A stretch of 64,000 nt of DNA from Chara braunii (Eukaryota > Plantae > Charophyceae), in assembly GCA_003427395.1 (NCBI GenBank), contig BFEA01000030.1:926418-990417 (forward strand), given 5' to 3'. Below are positions 1 through 13,006 of the stretch, one piece after another. A program made the position numbers and the translations under genes. Position 1 is the stretch's first letter. Each line of letters starts with the position of its first letter. The notes beneath the pieces are model-generated. The model worked only from the letters and a program-made list of their open reading frames with translations. It did no database searches and was not told where the DNA came from.

Positions 1-539
1 CGTAGTGCTTTTGTTATTCTGTCGTTTTATTGATGTATGCATCATACGGTTCTTTTTTGTGAATTTCCACGAAAAAAAAAGTTTGCTTTTATGAATTGCA
101 GTGGCTATCATTTGCACCTGTCGTTGTCTTACTTTGCGTTCGTGGATGTACCTTGCCCACTGCATGCATGTCTGTAAGAGTTTGAACCTCGCTGATTCAC
201 AACTGCTGACCATACATACATAAAAGAAAGCCTCAGCATTGGTCAATCCAGCAAATTGGAATTCAATGTAGACGTGAAGTGAGTGTCTTTCTGCTTGATG
301 CATTTGAATGAACACCAATGCTTCAGGCGTATTACTATGGTTGTTTGTATTAGATTAAATAGTATATTATGTAGTTACCTGTGTCCTGCAACTACGCCCA
401 TGGCAGAGAGAGGGGTCACAGGGGCGACAGAACCCAGGGGAGAATGGAAGGTCACTACTCGCTCTGGCTGAGCCTTTCTGCAGAATTGGCTTCTCTGTAA
501 AGTGGCCGGGTGCTTACTATGTAAGCTGGTGCTTCTCTC

Positions 540-1228
540 TGGGCTGGTGCTATGAGTGCAGGGTGCAGTGCTCGGTGGTAGTATGTGGGCTCAGCGTGGG
601 CCGGGCACGGTACTATGTGGGCTGGGTGTGGTACTATGTGTGCTGGATGCAGTACTGTGTGGGTTGGGTGCAGTATTATGTTGGATGAGTAGTCTTATAG
701 ATCTGTGTAGGCTTGGTGAGCTGGGTGGGGAGGTACTATGTGGACTGGGTGCAGTACTATGTGGGCTGGCAGTGGTATTATGTGGGGTACAGTACTGTGT
801 GAGCTGAGTGTGGGCTGGATTCAGTACTACGGGGGTTAGGTGCGGTGGCATGTGGGCTGGGTGAGGTACTCTGCAAGCTGGGTGCGGTTCTGTGCGGACT
901 GGGTGCAGCACTATGTGGGCTGGGTGGTCATACACAGCCTATGGGCTGGATGTGGTACTGTGTGGGCTTGGTGCAGTACTGTGTGGGCTGGGTGGTCATA
1001 CACAGCCTATGGGCTGGATGTGGTACTGTGTGNNNNNNNNNNNNNNNNNNNNNNNNNNNNNNNNNNNNNNNNNNNNNNNNNNNNNNNNNNNNNNNNNNNN
1101 NNNNNNNNNNNNNNNNNNNNNNATGTGGTACTGTGTGGGCTTGGTGCAGTACTATGTGGGCTGGGTTGTCATAGACAACCTATGGGCTGGATGTGGTACT
1201 GTGTGGGCTTGGTGCAGCACTATGTGGG
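540..1228. repeat. ~21-bp minisatellite (consensus GGTGCAGTACTATGTGGGCTG), contains an N gap; probably intronic
   Basis: Many degenerate tandem copies of ggtgcagtactatgtgggctg; the ORFs here (GAVLCGL repeats) only reflect the repeat. Confidence 0.85.
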
Positions 1229-1580
1229 CCATTTGTTGGAGGACAGCTCTATTCCAGCTGTCGTGTTGGGTACAGTATGCACTTGTGTTTGAACAGCACC
1301 ATGTCGATGCTCAAACCTCAAGGGAAAACGTAACCTTAATGGCCATCTCCGGTCCGCAGGAAGACCAGCGCTGCAATATATCCGTTTCCACCCCACTTGC
1401 CTGACCGGACCGCAGAGTCAGTAGAGGCATGTGACATCGACTGGGCATTTCTGGTCCACAGGCAGACGGGCACTGTGATACCCTCTTTTCCACCCCACTA
1501 GACTGCAAACAACTGTTCCTTTTAATGTTAGTGTAGGTTTTGTCATTATTATTATTTTGATTTGCTGTTTTAGTATTATA

Positions 1581-1842
1581 GGGAGAATTTGTGAAATACA
1601 CCTGAAAGTTCACGATATGCTGAAGTACCGCTGAAAGATGTGGGTAGAGCAGAACACACCTCTGGAATTTCAAAAGTTTGTGAAATGTCCCTTTTGGATA
1701 TAAATATTTCCAAGCTACCCTTGTCAGGAGGTTGTGCATGTTCGCATTCCACCCCTGACAGGGGTATGGAACAAACTTGGCAATCCCCTGACAGGGGTAT
1801 AACGCAAAGATAAAAGACCACAGGGGCATTTCACAAACTTAT
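1581..1842. mobile_element. Degenerate MITE related to the 12011-12364 element
   Basis: Left end gggagaatttgtgaaatac resembles the 12011 TIR; internal cccctgacaggggtat twice; right end ggggcatttcacaaactta. Confidence 0.4.
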
Positions 1843-2229
1843 TTCGATTTCAGAGGGGTATTCCACTCGACCCGCATCTTGTAGGGGCATTTTAGCCCAT
1901 ATGTCGTCAAACAGAGTTGCCTGGTAGACCGTAGGCAGAGAGGGAGAAGAGGACAACAAACAAGGGGCTGTGACAAACTGTTTCGTTGGAGTTTCACCGA
2001 CTCATCAGGAGGTGTGTCATTTCAATTGCATGTTGCATGCTGAAATGCATGATGATTGCCTCGCAGAAGTCGTTTCATGAACTCTAGCATCTTCTAGAGT
2101 CAACAGTCAATCGGAGCCCATTGATCCTGATCATCATTCTGGGGATGCATACGTGTGTGTGTGTGCGCGCGCGCTCGTGTATGTGTGTGCGCGCGCCATT
2201 TGTACCGTTTGGGTGTGTGGCCTTATCAG

Positions 2230-4572
2230 ATGCCTCTGACGAGTTCTGCAGCAGCTTCCATTGGAGAGGCGTTGAAGCTTTTTGTTCTCCTCCACTCGCT
2301 TCTTGATGATCCAGCTGGCCAGCTCCAGGTCCTTTATGTGCTGCTTCCAACCATCATTGTGGCGGCTGGTCCTCACCTTAACGGATCGGCGGGCCCGGCC
2401 TCGGCAGGTTTGACAACCATGGCAGTGAAACTGATCACTCATTTTGCATCCATCCCGACCTCAGCTTCCCAGTTCAAAGACGTGCTTGCATCGCTCCCCG
2501 AGTGTTCCCGGCAGCAACTGCAGGCTGCTGTCAGAGCTTCCATGGGTTCGTCAACAGATAGCTACTCTCCCATGGGGACTCCACATAGTAATCCTTGGGG
2601 GCTTGGATCTGGTGTGCCTACCACTCCGCACAGGCTGGCTGTGGGATTGGGAGGGGGATTTGCAGCGTTGCAGCAACCGTTTACTGGTGCTGCCTTTTCA
2701 AATCAAGTGGGGTTTGGTAGCACTGGCGGCGCCAGCAATATTGGTATGCAGTTGCAAGCGGAGATAAACTCCCAGTTTTCACCAGCGGTAGACGACGAGG
2801 AGTGGGGCGACTTTGATGAAGCACCGGTCAGATCTCAAGGTGTCGGGGTCGAGACGCTGGACTGGACTCAACCCGTATCCCTCCAGCAAGGAGCTGTTGT
2901 TTATTCATCTGCAGTTATAGGAACGAACGCAATTGGCAAGGACGTGGGAAGTGGCGGGTGGGGGGAGTTCGGAGGTGGGAATGTTGGACAGCGGAATGAC
3001 AGTGTGCTGATGAGTGCGACGACTGCAGATGATTCCGAGGAGGAATGGGGAAATTTCTCTTCTTCAGCTCCAAGTCCATCGTTCGAGACCGCAGTCGACA
3101 GGAATGCCTCGCAATCCGTGGTTTTTGATGATAGCCACAGGAAAGGGATTGCATCGTACAGAGCGTCTCGTACAGTGACTTTCGAGGACGATGACGAAGA
3201 TGCATGGGGCGATTTCAAAACAGTGAAATCGCCATCTTACGCCCCTTCTCATGATGCCACAAGCTATATTACTTCCGATAGCCAACCACATTCTGCTGCA
3301 TTTTCCGATGGCCCGATGTCAATATCGATACCCCCTTCGATAGATCATGGAAACATCAGTGATGATGAATGGGCAGAATTCCAGGAAGCGGTCAGTACCA
3401 CTTCCTCTGCTGCAGTGTCCCCCGTTAAACTGCCAAGCGAGGAAGGCGCAGATGCTCCAGAATGCTCCCGAGCGTCTGCCGAAGCGAAGGCCGTCACTGG
3501 CAGTGAGGAAGGCTCTTGGGTGTCTGCGGAAGCCGAAGCGAAGGGCATCACCGGCAGCGAGGAACCATGTTGCACACCAGTGACAAGCCCTTCATCTGCG
3601 GCATCGTCTAAGACAGGGGCGAGCACCAGTCTCCTCGCATCACCAAGGTCACAGGGCACAGCTGCCGCTGCCCCATCCAATGCCGGTCCAGACAAGGGTA
3701 GTATGGATGAGACAGCGGCGCCGGCGACAGCGGTCAACGTTTCGAGTGCATTGGGGGACGACGGGGACGGTGTCGGAACCGCATCTTCATCTGTGTCTGC
3801 ATCAACATGTGAGGAAGGTGTTGTTAGCTCCTCGTCGACGTGCAAGGAAGGCGTTGTTAGCTCCGCACAAGCTGCAGAGCACAACGGCCTGGAAGAATCT
3901 GCTGCTACAGCGGCGGCTGATCGAGATGATGACGCCCAAGGTGTTCTGGAGGGTGAAGACGACAGGACCGGTGCTGCACCTGCTCCTCGACCAGCATATA
4001 TGAGCAGCGGTGACATTTCCCCCAGAAGCGAAGAAAACATTTCATGCGAGGAATGTACTGCTTCTCCTGTGGATCATGATGCCCGCAGCGAAACTGTTGC
4101 AGAGAAACGGAACTTGCAACAGGACGAAGAAATTGTGGCTGGCACCGTGCATGCTGATGACACGGTAGCAATATTTACAGAGCAGCAGACGGTAACACAA
4201 TCAGAAGTAAGCAAAGAAAGGAAAGACAGTATAGGAGAACCACAGGAAGAGGAGCCTGGACAGAACAAAGAGGATCAGGACGAGCCCGAGGAAGAGGAGT
4301 GTAGAAAGATCACAGACGAGAAGGGAGAGCCCAAGGAAGCGGAGTTTGGAAAGGAGGAAGAGGAGCACGGAGAGCCCAAGGAAGAGGAGTTGGGAAAGAA
4401 GAAAGAGGAGCCCAAGGACGAGGAGTCCGGAGAGAACAAAGAGGGGCAGGGAGAGCCCAAGGAAGCGACAGGGGAAAAGACTGGACACAGCGCTAGCACG
4501 ACCATGGTAGGCGGTAGGGCAGAGGTGGCAGCAATACGAGAGGACGGGAACGAGGTAGGGGACAGTGAGTGA
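2230..4572 (+). CDS. SWEETIE: Terminal exon of SWEETIE/HEATR5 (HEAT repeat-containing protein 5, Laa1 family) with a long acidic low-complexity tail; upstream exons not identified in this window
   Basis: Acceptor ccttatcag|ATG at 2229/2230 is in frame with the 805-aa ORF. IGEALKLFVLL...AVKLITHFASIPTSASQFKDVLASLPECSRQQLQAAVRAS matches the remembered C-terminal block of plant SWEETIE (AVRLVSHLAQIPSSAVHFKDVLLSMP..RQQLQ..IRAS). Stop TGA at 4570-4572. Confidence 0.8.
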   Translation: MPLTSSAAASIGEALKLFVLLHSLLDDPAGQLQVLYVLLPTIIVAAGPHLNGSAGPASAGLTTMAVKLITHFASIPTSASQFKDVLASLPECSRQQLQAAVRASMGSSTDSYSPMGTPHSNPWGLGSGVPTTPHRLAVGLGGGFAALQQPFTGAAFSNQVGFGSTGGASNIGMQLQAEINSQFSPAVDDEEWGDFDEAPVRSQGVGVETLDWTQPVSLQQGAVVYSSAVIGTNAIGKDVGSGGWGEFGGGNVGQRNDSVLMSATTADDSEEEWGNFSSSAPSPSFETAVDRNASQSVVFDDSHRKGIASYRASRTVTFEDDDEDAWGDFKTVKSPSYAPSHDATSYITSDSQPHSAAFSDGPMSISIPPSIDHGNISDDEWAEFQEAVSTTSSAAVSPVKLPSEEGADAPECSRASAEAKAVTGSEEGSWVSAEAEAKGITGSEEPCCTPVTSPSSAASSKTGASTSLLASPRSQGTAAAAPSNAGPDKGSMDETAAPATAVNVSSALGDDGDGVGTASSSVSASTCEEGVVSSSSTCKEGVVSSAQAAEHNGLEESAATAAADRDDDAQGVLEGEDDRTGAAPAPRPAYMSSGDISPRSEENISCEECTASPVDHDARSETVAEKRNLQQDEEIVAGTVHADDTVAIFTEQQTVTQSEVSKERKDSIGEPQEEEPGQNKEDQDEPEEEECRKITDEKGEPKEAEFGKEEEEHGEPKEEELGKKKEEPKDEESGENKEGQGEPKEATGEKTGHSASTTMVGGRAEVAAIREDGNEVGDSE
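4234..4480 (+). repeat. Coding tandem repeat (GEPKEEExG-type units) in the SWEETIE tail
   Basis: Repeated gagcccaaggaa/gac units giving EPQEEE, EPEEEE, EPKEAE, EPKEEE, EPKDEE, EPKEAT. Confidence 0.75.
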
Positions 4573-4872
4573 CGTCCATATCCATGAGAGGCTTGCGACA
4601 GCTCAGAGATGCACGCTCTGAGCTGTTGTTAATTCAGCCTATCACCAGCAGCAGTCTACAGCGACAACAAGACAAACCGAGTGCCATTCTGACATGTTAC
4701 CCGCTCTGGATGAGTTGGAGTGTGGTCTTTGCTGCACGTTCTGGAGAAGAAACTGCTGTCGCGGAATCATGTCTGCAAATGTTAAGTGTGGAGAGGTGAG
4801 GAGGAGAAGAGCACCAAAAGGCACTCCAAGAGGTGGGCGGGGGGGCGGGGGGGAGGCCGGGGACGAGCAAGC

Positions 4873-5085
4873 AAAGGGCGGGGGCATGATGGCTGGTCGG
4901 ATTCTTGGGGGCGGTCGGCAGGGAAGGGCGGTTGCTGTGTAGGATGTGAGCTGTACTGTTGGGGAGGAAATGGGTGAGCGAAGGGCGGGGCTTGACGGCT
5001 GGTCGGATTCTAGGGGGCGTTTGGCAGAGAAGGGCGGTTGCTGTGTGGGATGTGAGCAGTAGTGTTGGGGAGGGAATGGGCGAGG
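4873..5085. repeat. ~107-bp tandem duplication in the 3' flank
   Basis: aagggcgggg..ggctggtcggattct.gggggcg...gggcggttgctgtgt.ggatgtgagc occurs twice. Confidence 0.75.
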
Positions 5086-6769
5086 AGATTGGAAATGGGG
5101 TTTAGTATTGCTTTGGATTGATGAAATAAGTGAAGTGCACGAGCTTTCAACTGTTTCAACTTTTGGCCTTTTTCTTTCTTTTTAACATTTTTGCTAATTG
5201 GATCTGTGTTTGCTACTGTCTTCCCCCGAATAGAGCATAGGGTCATTACCACTCACTCTCTCTGGACTGAATGTTGCCCCGAATGCAGTTATAATGACTG
5301 TACGCTCTATTTAGGGGAAAACGGTAGCTATTTGGGAATGGTCGACAGTGGGTGTCGTCATCATATGGTGATGGGGGTGATGGTCTTTGCCCCCCACAAA
5401 GCGCACTTAGGAGATGACGAGAGTGAAGGCTCAAGGTGCAAGACAGGCTGTTCATTTGGCGCACGTGGGTGATCATAAGAAGGTGAGTGATGAGATGAAA
5501 GTGAGGAGAGGTGAGATGAGGTGAAAGTGATTGAAAGTTTTAGATTTGCAAAAGCATTTGCTTGTACGATTAATCAATCAACGCAATGATGAATGCACTG
5601 TTCTTCCATAAGATCTTTCATCTCTTTCCAGAAGAGCTCTGAAGTTTTGTCCTTATCGCCACATTGCCTTTGTCATCGCTTTCTGCGCTGCTTATCAGTT
5701 TTTCAATCAGTTCAGCGACGAGTGCACTGTCCTTCCAGCAGCTCCATCTTCCAGAAGAGCTTTGGTGACTCCAAATGTTTATGCTCTTATCGCCTCCGTA
5801 AGAGGCTCGAAGGCGTTTCTGAACCCAGGCCGTGGAGGTCACTTTGTGTTTACTGTGACAATGCCTTACCTGCACATGTCTGGCCCAGCTAGGCGAGAAG
5901 ACGACTAGTGCAGCAGGCCTCTATCTGTCCTGGCCTATAGCCAGGGCCTATCAGGCTATTTGCCTGTTCGGCCTGTGGGACCAGGCCGTGGCCTGACCCC
6001 ACAGGCCGTGTGCTGTTTCAGTCCATTGCATGTGGTGATCTATTGCGTTTCTGAATCCGTTTTTCTTTTCTTCTTTTTTCTTTTTCCCTTTTTTTGAGAT
6101 CGCATCATTGGCAATGGCAACCCTACTTGAAAAGGAACACCACATGACTGATAATACCAAATCCAGGAAGAATTAAAATATAACACTATTTTGGCTCACC
6201 GGCGGAAGGGAAGAGCCTGGTAGAGCACGCCGCCGCTCTCACGACGGATAGGACTTTCTCTTATTCCCTCTAAGAATCGCAGGGTAGGGGAGAGAGAGAC
6301 ATCTCATAAGTAGCATATCATCCGTGGTACAAGGCCTGAAATGAGGAACTGATTGCTTCGGGCGCTGGGTATTTTTGGGTGAAGATGGTAGAGAGGCGAG
6401 CCCCCATCCCTTATGGGTGATTAAACTACCACTACCCCCGGACCAGACAGACGCGGACCAGACCGGACAGGGCCATTTTTTTTTTTGGGGGGGGGGGGAG
6501 GGCGTAACTGGTCGTCGGGCGCACATTCGTGCGCCGCGCGGGTCCGGTCCGGCGGTCTGCCGCACGTGCGGAACCACCCGGACGGCGTCCGCTTGCAAGA
6601 ATGCCTTGGACACAAAGCGAAATGGAGACGCCGTCTCGCAATTGTGGCTACCTTGCCTCCTCCTCCCACCTTTACAAATGCTTCCCTTATCTCTCCCGCC
6701 TTTTCTGGGTTGTCCTTCCTCCCCCCCTGTAATTTTTCCATTGCGCCTTCTGAAAACAGTTGTGCTCGA

Positions 6770-7060
6770 AACCGGACCAACCCGAGGGGTCTTAAGTCCT
6801 ATCCACAGGGTCAGCTCTCCTTCTGGAAATGGTGTCGGAGTCACCTTCGCCCACCACTCCTTTACCTTTCCCCGTATCTGATTGGCCTGGTGCAGTTCAG
6901 TAGGCCCTGGATGAAGGACTCTCATTCCTATGCTGTATACACCACGCACAGCTCCTTTGGGTGTACTCTTTTCCCTACTTTGGCGCCTACTTATCCGTAC
7001 GTCGACTGGGATCGCTAAATATGTAATCAGCCACTGCAAACTTCTCACTTTACCCAATCT
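6770..7060 (-). mobile_element. Degenerate LINE ORF2 3' end (zf-RVT-like)
   Basis: Frameshifted minus-strand peptides WLITYLAIPVDVRISRR ... CAWC ... ESFIQGLLNCT/ANQIRGKVKEWW resemble W..LP...C..C..E..H.L..C..A..IW. Confidence 0.45.
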
Positions 7061-8936
7061 GATGCAGTTCGACTGTGACCACGGGTATCTGTTATGATTC
7101 TGGTTGTTTGTTGTCTGAAGACCAACACTCGCTCGCATAGACTTCCAGGTATGCCCATACATACACAGAAGGAAGGGGAGAGGATATCACACCGCACAGG
7201 GAGAGATAAACACAGCGGAAGACTTGACCATGCGATATGACAGGGTACACTGAAAGTGCAATTCACTCCACTCAATCCTCACGACCAGTCATAAAGAAAA
7301 GCCGAGTAGATCACATCCGGGAAACAATGAAACCATGATAGTGCAAACCCAGTATCACACTGTTTATTAAACTCAGAGTCTCGAATTGTCAGGATAACCT
7401 CAATACTATAGTGCGCTACTCAGAAATGAACAGCGCTTCACTCCCCAACCCTGAGTAACCACTCATCACACCCCTGAGCCCCTGAAACATCAAGCGCCGC
7501 CCAGATGCAGCCTCCAAAGGGAAGCGACCCTGGAACAGGCCTCTGAGGCCATGCGCCACTCACGAGGATGAAGAAGAAGACCAGCGCCACAGTATCTGAT
7601 GATGACGAAGTGTCGGAAGACTTTCCGGATGGAAGTCTGCAGCAGCGCCACCAAACCCTGACAAGATGACCTCTGAGGAAGAAGCTGCAGCTATGGCTGC
7701 AGCGCCACCACCCTGGAACCCCACTCCGGAGGAGGGTCCAGCAGGGAACCAACTTCTCTCGCCTCCAGCAGACCTCGATAGCCCAGACCTCTGTCAGCCC
7801 CTGCGTGCTGGCAGAGTACAGCGCAGGTCCCAGCTATGGCCGGCGCTCGGAAGGTCTGGCTATGCCTGTCTCCTTCCACGCTGAACCGTCACCACTTCCT
7901 GTTCACGCGTAGCGCAGCAGCGATGTACTCGGTACCAACTGCCAAAAGCCCTGAACCGATGTGCCCATCCTATCTATAGACTACAACTAGCCTAGGCTCG
8001 ACCTAGACCGGACTGACCGACTGACCGGTACCGATTCAGTTTCGGCCTCTTGGCCTCTACCTTACCTGGCTATAGGCTATAGGACCGTCTATCAGCATAG
8101 GCCCTTAGGGCCTGTCTGTCCTCGGGGTAGCCCGGGCCTGATATTCGCAGTTAGGGTAGCAGTAGGAAATTCAGTTAGTGTTGGGCCTGTATTTTCCCAA
8201 ATTTGCAGATATGTCCCTCACGACTTTCCACTACAGGTAAGTCTCTCGGTTAACCCTCAGCCAAACAAAACTACGAATCTACCCTACCTATGGTACAGCC
8301 TCGACAGAGAGCGGCTACAGGCGACCCGAAAACAGCAAGTCATTGCATATCTCTGTGCTTGGGGTGGCCTGTATTCCCAGGTGTTTCTCCCATTGTGTCC
8401 CGGTAACGATTCCAGAGGTCGTGACCTCATTCTTAGTTTGTAGCCCCACTCGGTCACATAATCCAGTATGTTAGTTCTGCGCACTACCCCCAGTCTTCCC
8501 CCCACCAAATTCCACGCCCATTCCACCGGGTCCACCTCCAGGTCCTCGATCATTGTCGCCGACTGTACATTGTAAACTCCTCCTCGATGACTCTTACACC
8601 TTTTCCTTTCTCACTGAAACTTTCCCCTTCTTCTTGTTGATCATACTGACATCAATTGATATACATTGACCCACAGCGGGTGCTTTCTTGGTCCTTCGCT
8701 CTGTCATATTCTTAGCACCTCTTCCAGGGGGTGGCCTCCCTTCCATGTGACCCACTCTCCTGACTCCCATTGCATCAGCTTTTGCAGAAGACTGGTTCAT
8801 TCCTCCGGTTCAGATACGAACACGTCTCAGCTCCCGTGTCGGCTTCCACCTCCCCTGTTCTTCGTGCCATAAGTGCTTGATTTGTCAGATCCCTCTTTCA
8901 ACCCAGGTAAGGTGAACTGAAAGGTAAATAGCCCAA

Positions 8937-8938
<2 letters not shown>

Positions 8939-9020
<82 letters not shown>

Positions 9021-9256
9021 TCAGTAATCAGAGGCTGATTGGGTGGGATGGCAGGAAAAAGAGAAGCCCCCATCCCCCCCAATGGTGATCATGTGGGCTG
9101 CCTTTTTTTCTCTATCAAGGTACAGATGCCCCACCACTGTAAAGAACCCAGCCGTCACGCTTCGCATAGGACGACCTTTCCCAAAACAACGCACCGCAAC
9201 ATTAGGCACGGTGGAACACAAGGACCGGCATTCAAAGAGTGCTGGTAAACAGCTCA

Positions 9257-9288
<32 letters not shown>

Positions 9289-9780
9289 NNNNNNNNNNNN
9301 NNNNNNNNNNNNNNNNNNNNNNNNNNNNNNNNNNNNNNNNNNNNNNNNNNNNNNNNNNNNNNNNNNNNNNNNNNNNNNNNNNNNNNNNNNNNNNNNNNNN
9401 NNNNNNNNNNNNNNNNNNNNNNNNNNNNNNNNNNNNNNNNNNNNNNNNNNNNNNNNNNNNNNNNNNNNNNNNNNNNNNNNNNNNNNNNNNNNNNNNNNNN
9501 NNNNNNNNNNNNNNNNNNNNNNNNNNNNNNNNNNNNNNNNNNNNNNNNGAGAGAGAGAGAAGTCAATAATCAGAGGCTGATTAGGTGGGACGGCAGGAAA
9601 AGGAGAAGCCCCCACTCCCCCCACTGTTTATTATGTGGGCCGCCTCTTTTTCTATCAAGAACAGCTGCCCCGCCACTGCAAAGAACCCCGCCATCACGCT
9701 TCGCATCAGACAACCTTTCCCAAAACAACGCATCGCAGCATTAGGTGCGGTGAAACACAACGGCCGGCATTCAAAGAATG
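8939..9780. repeat. (GT)n(GA)n microsatellites heading two diverged ~240-bp tandem units
   Basis: Unit gtca.taatcagaggctgatt...ccggcattcaaaga at ~9020-9240 and ~9562-9780, each preceded by GT/GA runs. Confidence 0.8.
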
Positions 9781-11224
9781 CTTTCGTACGACCAAACCAA
9801 AGTTACCAAACCAAGTCCTATTGGCATGAGCTCGGCCCAACAGTTGAAAGATCACGAAGAAAGACAAACGAACAACAAAAGCAAAGCGTATGAGGCAACG
9901 GCGACAAGGGACAAAGGCTGGAGGGTATGGGAGAGGAGGGTGGGCAGACAAACAACACTAGGCAGCACAGGAAAAGACGACACGCTAAGCAACAGCATTG
10001 GACATTCAAGCAGCAGCAACAAGGGAGAACGGCTGGAGGGCACGGGGGAGGTGGGTGGGCAGACAAAACAGCATTAGGAAGCATGCTCATTATAACAAAC
10101 GCCTTTTAAGCCGCACCTTTTAAGCCAGACTTGTCTTCAGTCTATAGAGTGGACACCAAATAAACCAAGAGCGAAAAAAACTAAACAAATGGATCAAAGG
10201 GGCTTTGAAACCCCAAGGGGGAAGTGTGTTTTCATGCAAATTTTGCTCTTTTCAGTTTTTCAGGATTTTCAGGATTTTGAGGGCTGTCCAAAACAGTTAT
10301 CTCCAAGACCCCAACAAAGACCAAACTTGGCACACGCAGACCTTGACCAAAAATAAAACAGGGCAAAAAAAAAAAAAAAGGAAACCTTAAAAAAAATCCC
10401 CAAGCGCACTTCTCAGTGGTGGGGGTGTTAACCTGGAGCTGAAAAGCGGAGGTCCCTGTTAACCACTTGTGAGAAATTGAGAATAAGAGAGATCACGCCA
10501 GGACGCGGCAGGACAAAGAAACAAGAAGACAAACAAGAGAAATACAAGTCCCAAAAAAATGCAAATGCCGAAAAAAATAAAACTGATGGTGAAAGATTGT
10601 TTCGTCGGAGTTGCACTGACTCGTCAGGAGGCTGAACCCTCAACAATCTGCAAAATCTCCGTATTGATTGGGTCCCAAACGCAACACAGCAGCGGGCGGC
10701 GACCCCACGAAGCACCAAGCATCGCTGCACAAGCAACATGACTGCTCAATGCCAAAGACTACTGCAAGGAACGACATGGCAAGCGGATGCACAGCATGGC
10801 ACCCACGAAGCGAAGCACAAGGCAACACTGACATGGCAGCCACACTGCAAGGAACGACAGGGCGAACAGACGAGCAGCATGACAACCGTGCAGTGAAGCA
10901 CAAGGCAACACCAACAAGGCAACCGAACTACACGGTACACAAGCAAATGACACGGAAGCCACGACCTGCGGATGGGCGGCAAGGCAGCGGAGTAGCGAAG
11001 CTCAAGGCAACACCAACAACACAGCCACACCACATAGCAAACACATCAGCTTGCCAAGAACGACCTGCGAACCAAGCGGGACGGTCAGCAAGGGAGCAGC
11101 GGAGAGGAGACTAGGGAGTCCACACATCCAACACGGAAGGTGCTCCGTTCGGCAGACAAAACGAACTTACGAAGAATAGGAAAAAAATAACACCAAGAAA
11201 GGGGAAGACGAACATTCAAAAACT

Positions 11225-11280
<56 letters not shown>

Positions 11281-12010
11281 CCATCTGGACGGGCGGGGGG
11301 NGGGGNGGTNNGGGGGAGNGGGGGCAAGGGGCAGCAGGGGAAGATAAGGTGGGAGAAGGAGTGGGAGGGATTGGGGTTTAAGGGGCAATTTTACGTGACA
11401 CGGTTGGCGATGGAGTGTTAGGAGCAAACGAGGATTAATAGAGTAGTGAGCCAACAACAGATGGCCCATTTTCATTTTCTGTGCTCCTTTCATTTTCTGT
11501 GCTCCTTTTGGGGAGTATGAGGTGGGAGAAGGGGAGGGAGGGATTGGGTCTCTGGTGCACTTCTGGTAATACAGGCACCTAGTGAGTCTTCGGAGCAAAC
11601 CAGGATTAGCAGTGTAGTGAGCATAGTTGGACACGCCAACACTTCGCATCCTTGAAATGAGCTGTTTCCATGCGCAAGACAAATCACACTCTGTAATTAA
11701 CAATTGCGTGTGTGACGTATACGGACTTGATATGCGAAGTCGGTCCCATTCTGCGTCACGCCGCATTCCGGATCGTCCAGATTCTTATGCAGGATTTATG
11801 TGATGCATGGGTTGCTTGCCGTTTGTCAAATTTTAATTGTTCATCGAAATGGTAATCTTTCTGTGATAGTTAGAACAGCACCGGTCTACCTAATCTGTTT
11901 CTGCTTCAAGATCCTTTGTTTTCGTTTTGGACCAGATGACAATGCTATTTGTGTCAAAAATAATTTCCTTCCCCTGCTCATAATTGCCATTTTTGCTCTC
12001 TTTTTTGGGG

Positions 12011-12364
12011 GGGATAATTTGCGAAATACCGCCACAAGTTGAGATATATGCCAAAATGCCCCTGTTTGTGCCGAAATCTGTGTTATGCCCCTGTCAGGTG
12101 GGTGTGCAAGTTTGCAATCTGGACCCCGCCGTTTGGGCCTTGGCCTCGTGCAACCGGGCCTTGGAAAGGTTGGCAAGTACCAGGGTATTTGCAAAGTTGG
12201 ATGGGACCTGGTAGGGGTATGTTGCAAAGATGGGGGTCCAACTGAGGCGAGGGGTATTCCACAAATAGTTTTTTGGTCAGAGGGGTATCCCGCTCTACCC
12301 ACACATCGTTCAGGGGCATTTTGGCATGCTCCTCAACGTATGGGGGTATTTTGCAAATTATCCC
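12011..12364. mobile_element. MITE with ~20-bp TIRs (possibly Mutator-like)
   Basis: gggataatttgcgaaatacc ... ggtattttgcaaattatccc inverted ends; internal ggggtat/ggggcatt subrepeats. Confidence 0.7.
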
Positions 12365-12800
12365 TTTTTATTTCTTTTTTTTTTCCCTTCCCTACTAGGC
12401 CCCTCGTGACACCCCTCCTCCACGGCCCCTTACTTATTGTGCTCTCGGCACAGTGCGCTGCGATGCTTCGCGTGTAACAGTTGAGGGTGTCTTTGTGGAC
12501 CTCGACTGACCCTGCAGCACTCGCAAGGCCCTGCGGTTCCAAGCCCAGTGGACCTTTCATATTATGGAAATCGGTTATGACTTTATTTTCAGCACCACCT
12601 ACTCGCATCAGTTCGCCTGTATTGTCACCGACTGGGATACCGACGATCACCTCCTCCAGCTTCTGACTTTGGCATCTCCACACCCACTCCGTTCTAGGCA
12701 TTCTTTGTAAGGATACTCTTCAGTGGTCTTTGGGGAAGTTAAAAATTACCTATTTACTCTGTCCCCCCAACCCCCCACCCGCCCCCTTTGTTTCGCGATG

Positions 12801-13006
12801 TTAAGCCACCAGTACATGGCCCAGCTATCGATGCTGAGCTGGCCTGCGCGCAAAGTTTTGCCGAACCGGCGGGTGCCGTTTCAATTTTTTTTTGGCTGGC
12901 ACTTCCAGCCATTGTGGTCCGGTGCCTGCCATTGAGGATCTACAGTCACGGCGCGTTAACGAGGAAGCGTCGCGGTCGATAGCTGGGCAAAGCACCGGTG
13001 GTTTAA
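12801..13006. mobile_element. TTAA-flanked MITE (ACCACC-terminus family)
   Basis: ttaa-gccaccagtacatggcccagctatcg ... cgatagctgggcaaagcaccggtggt-ttaa. Confidence 0.75.

Noticed and set aside
2155-2229. N-terminal MCVCARARVCV of the 805-aa ORF
   Set aside because: Translation of an intronic microsatellite; homology starts after the AG at 2229
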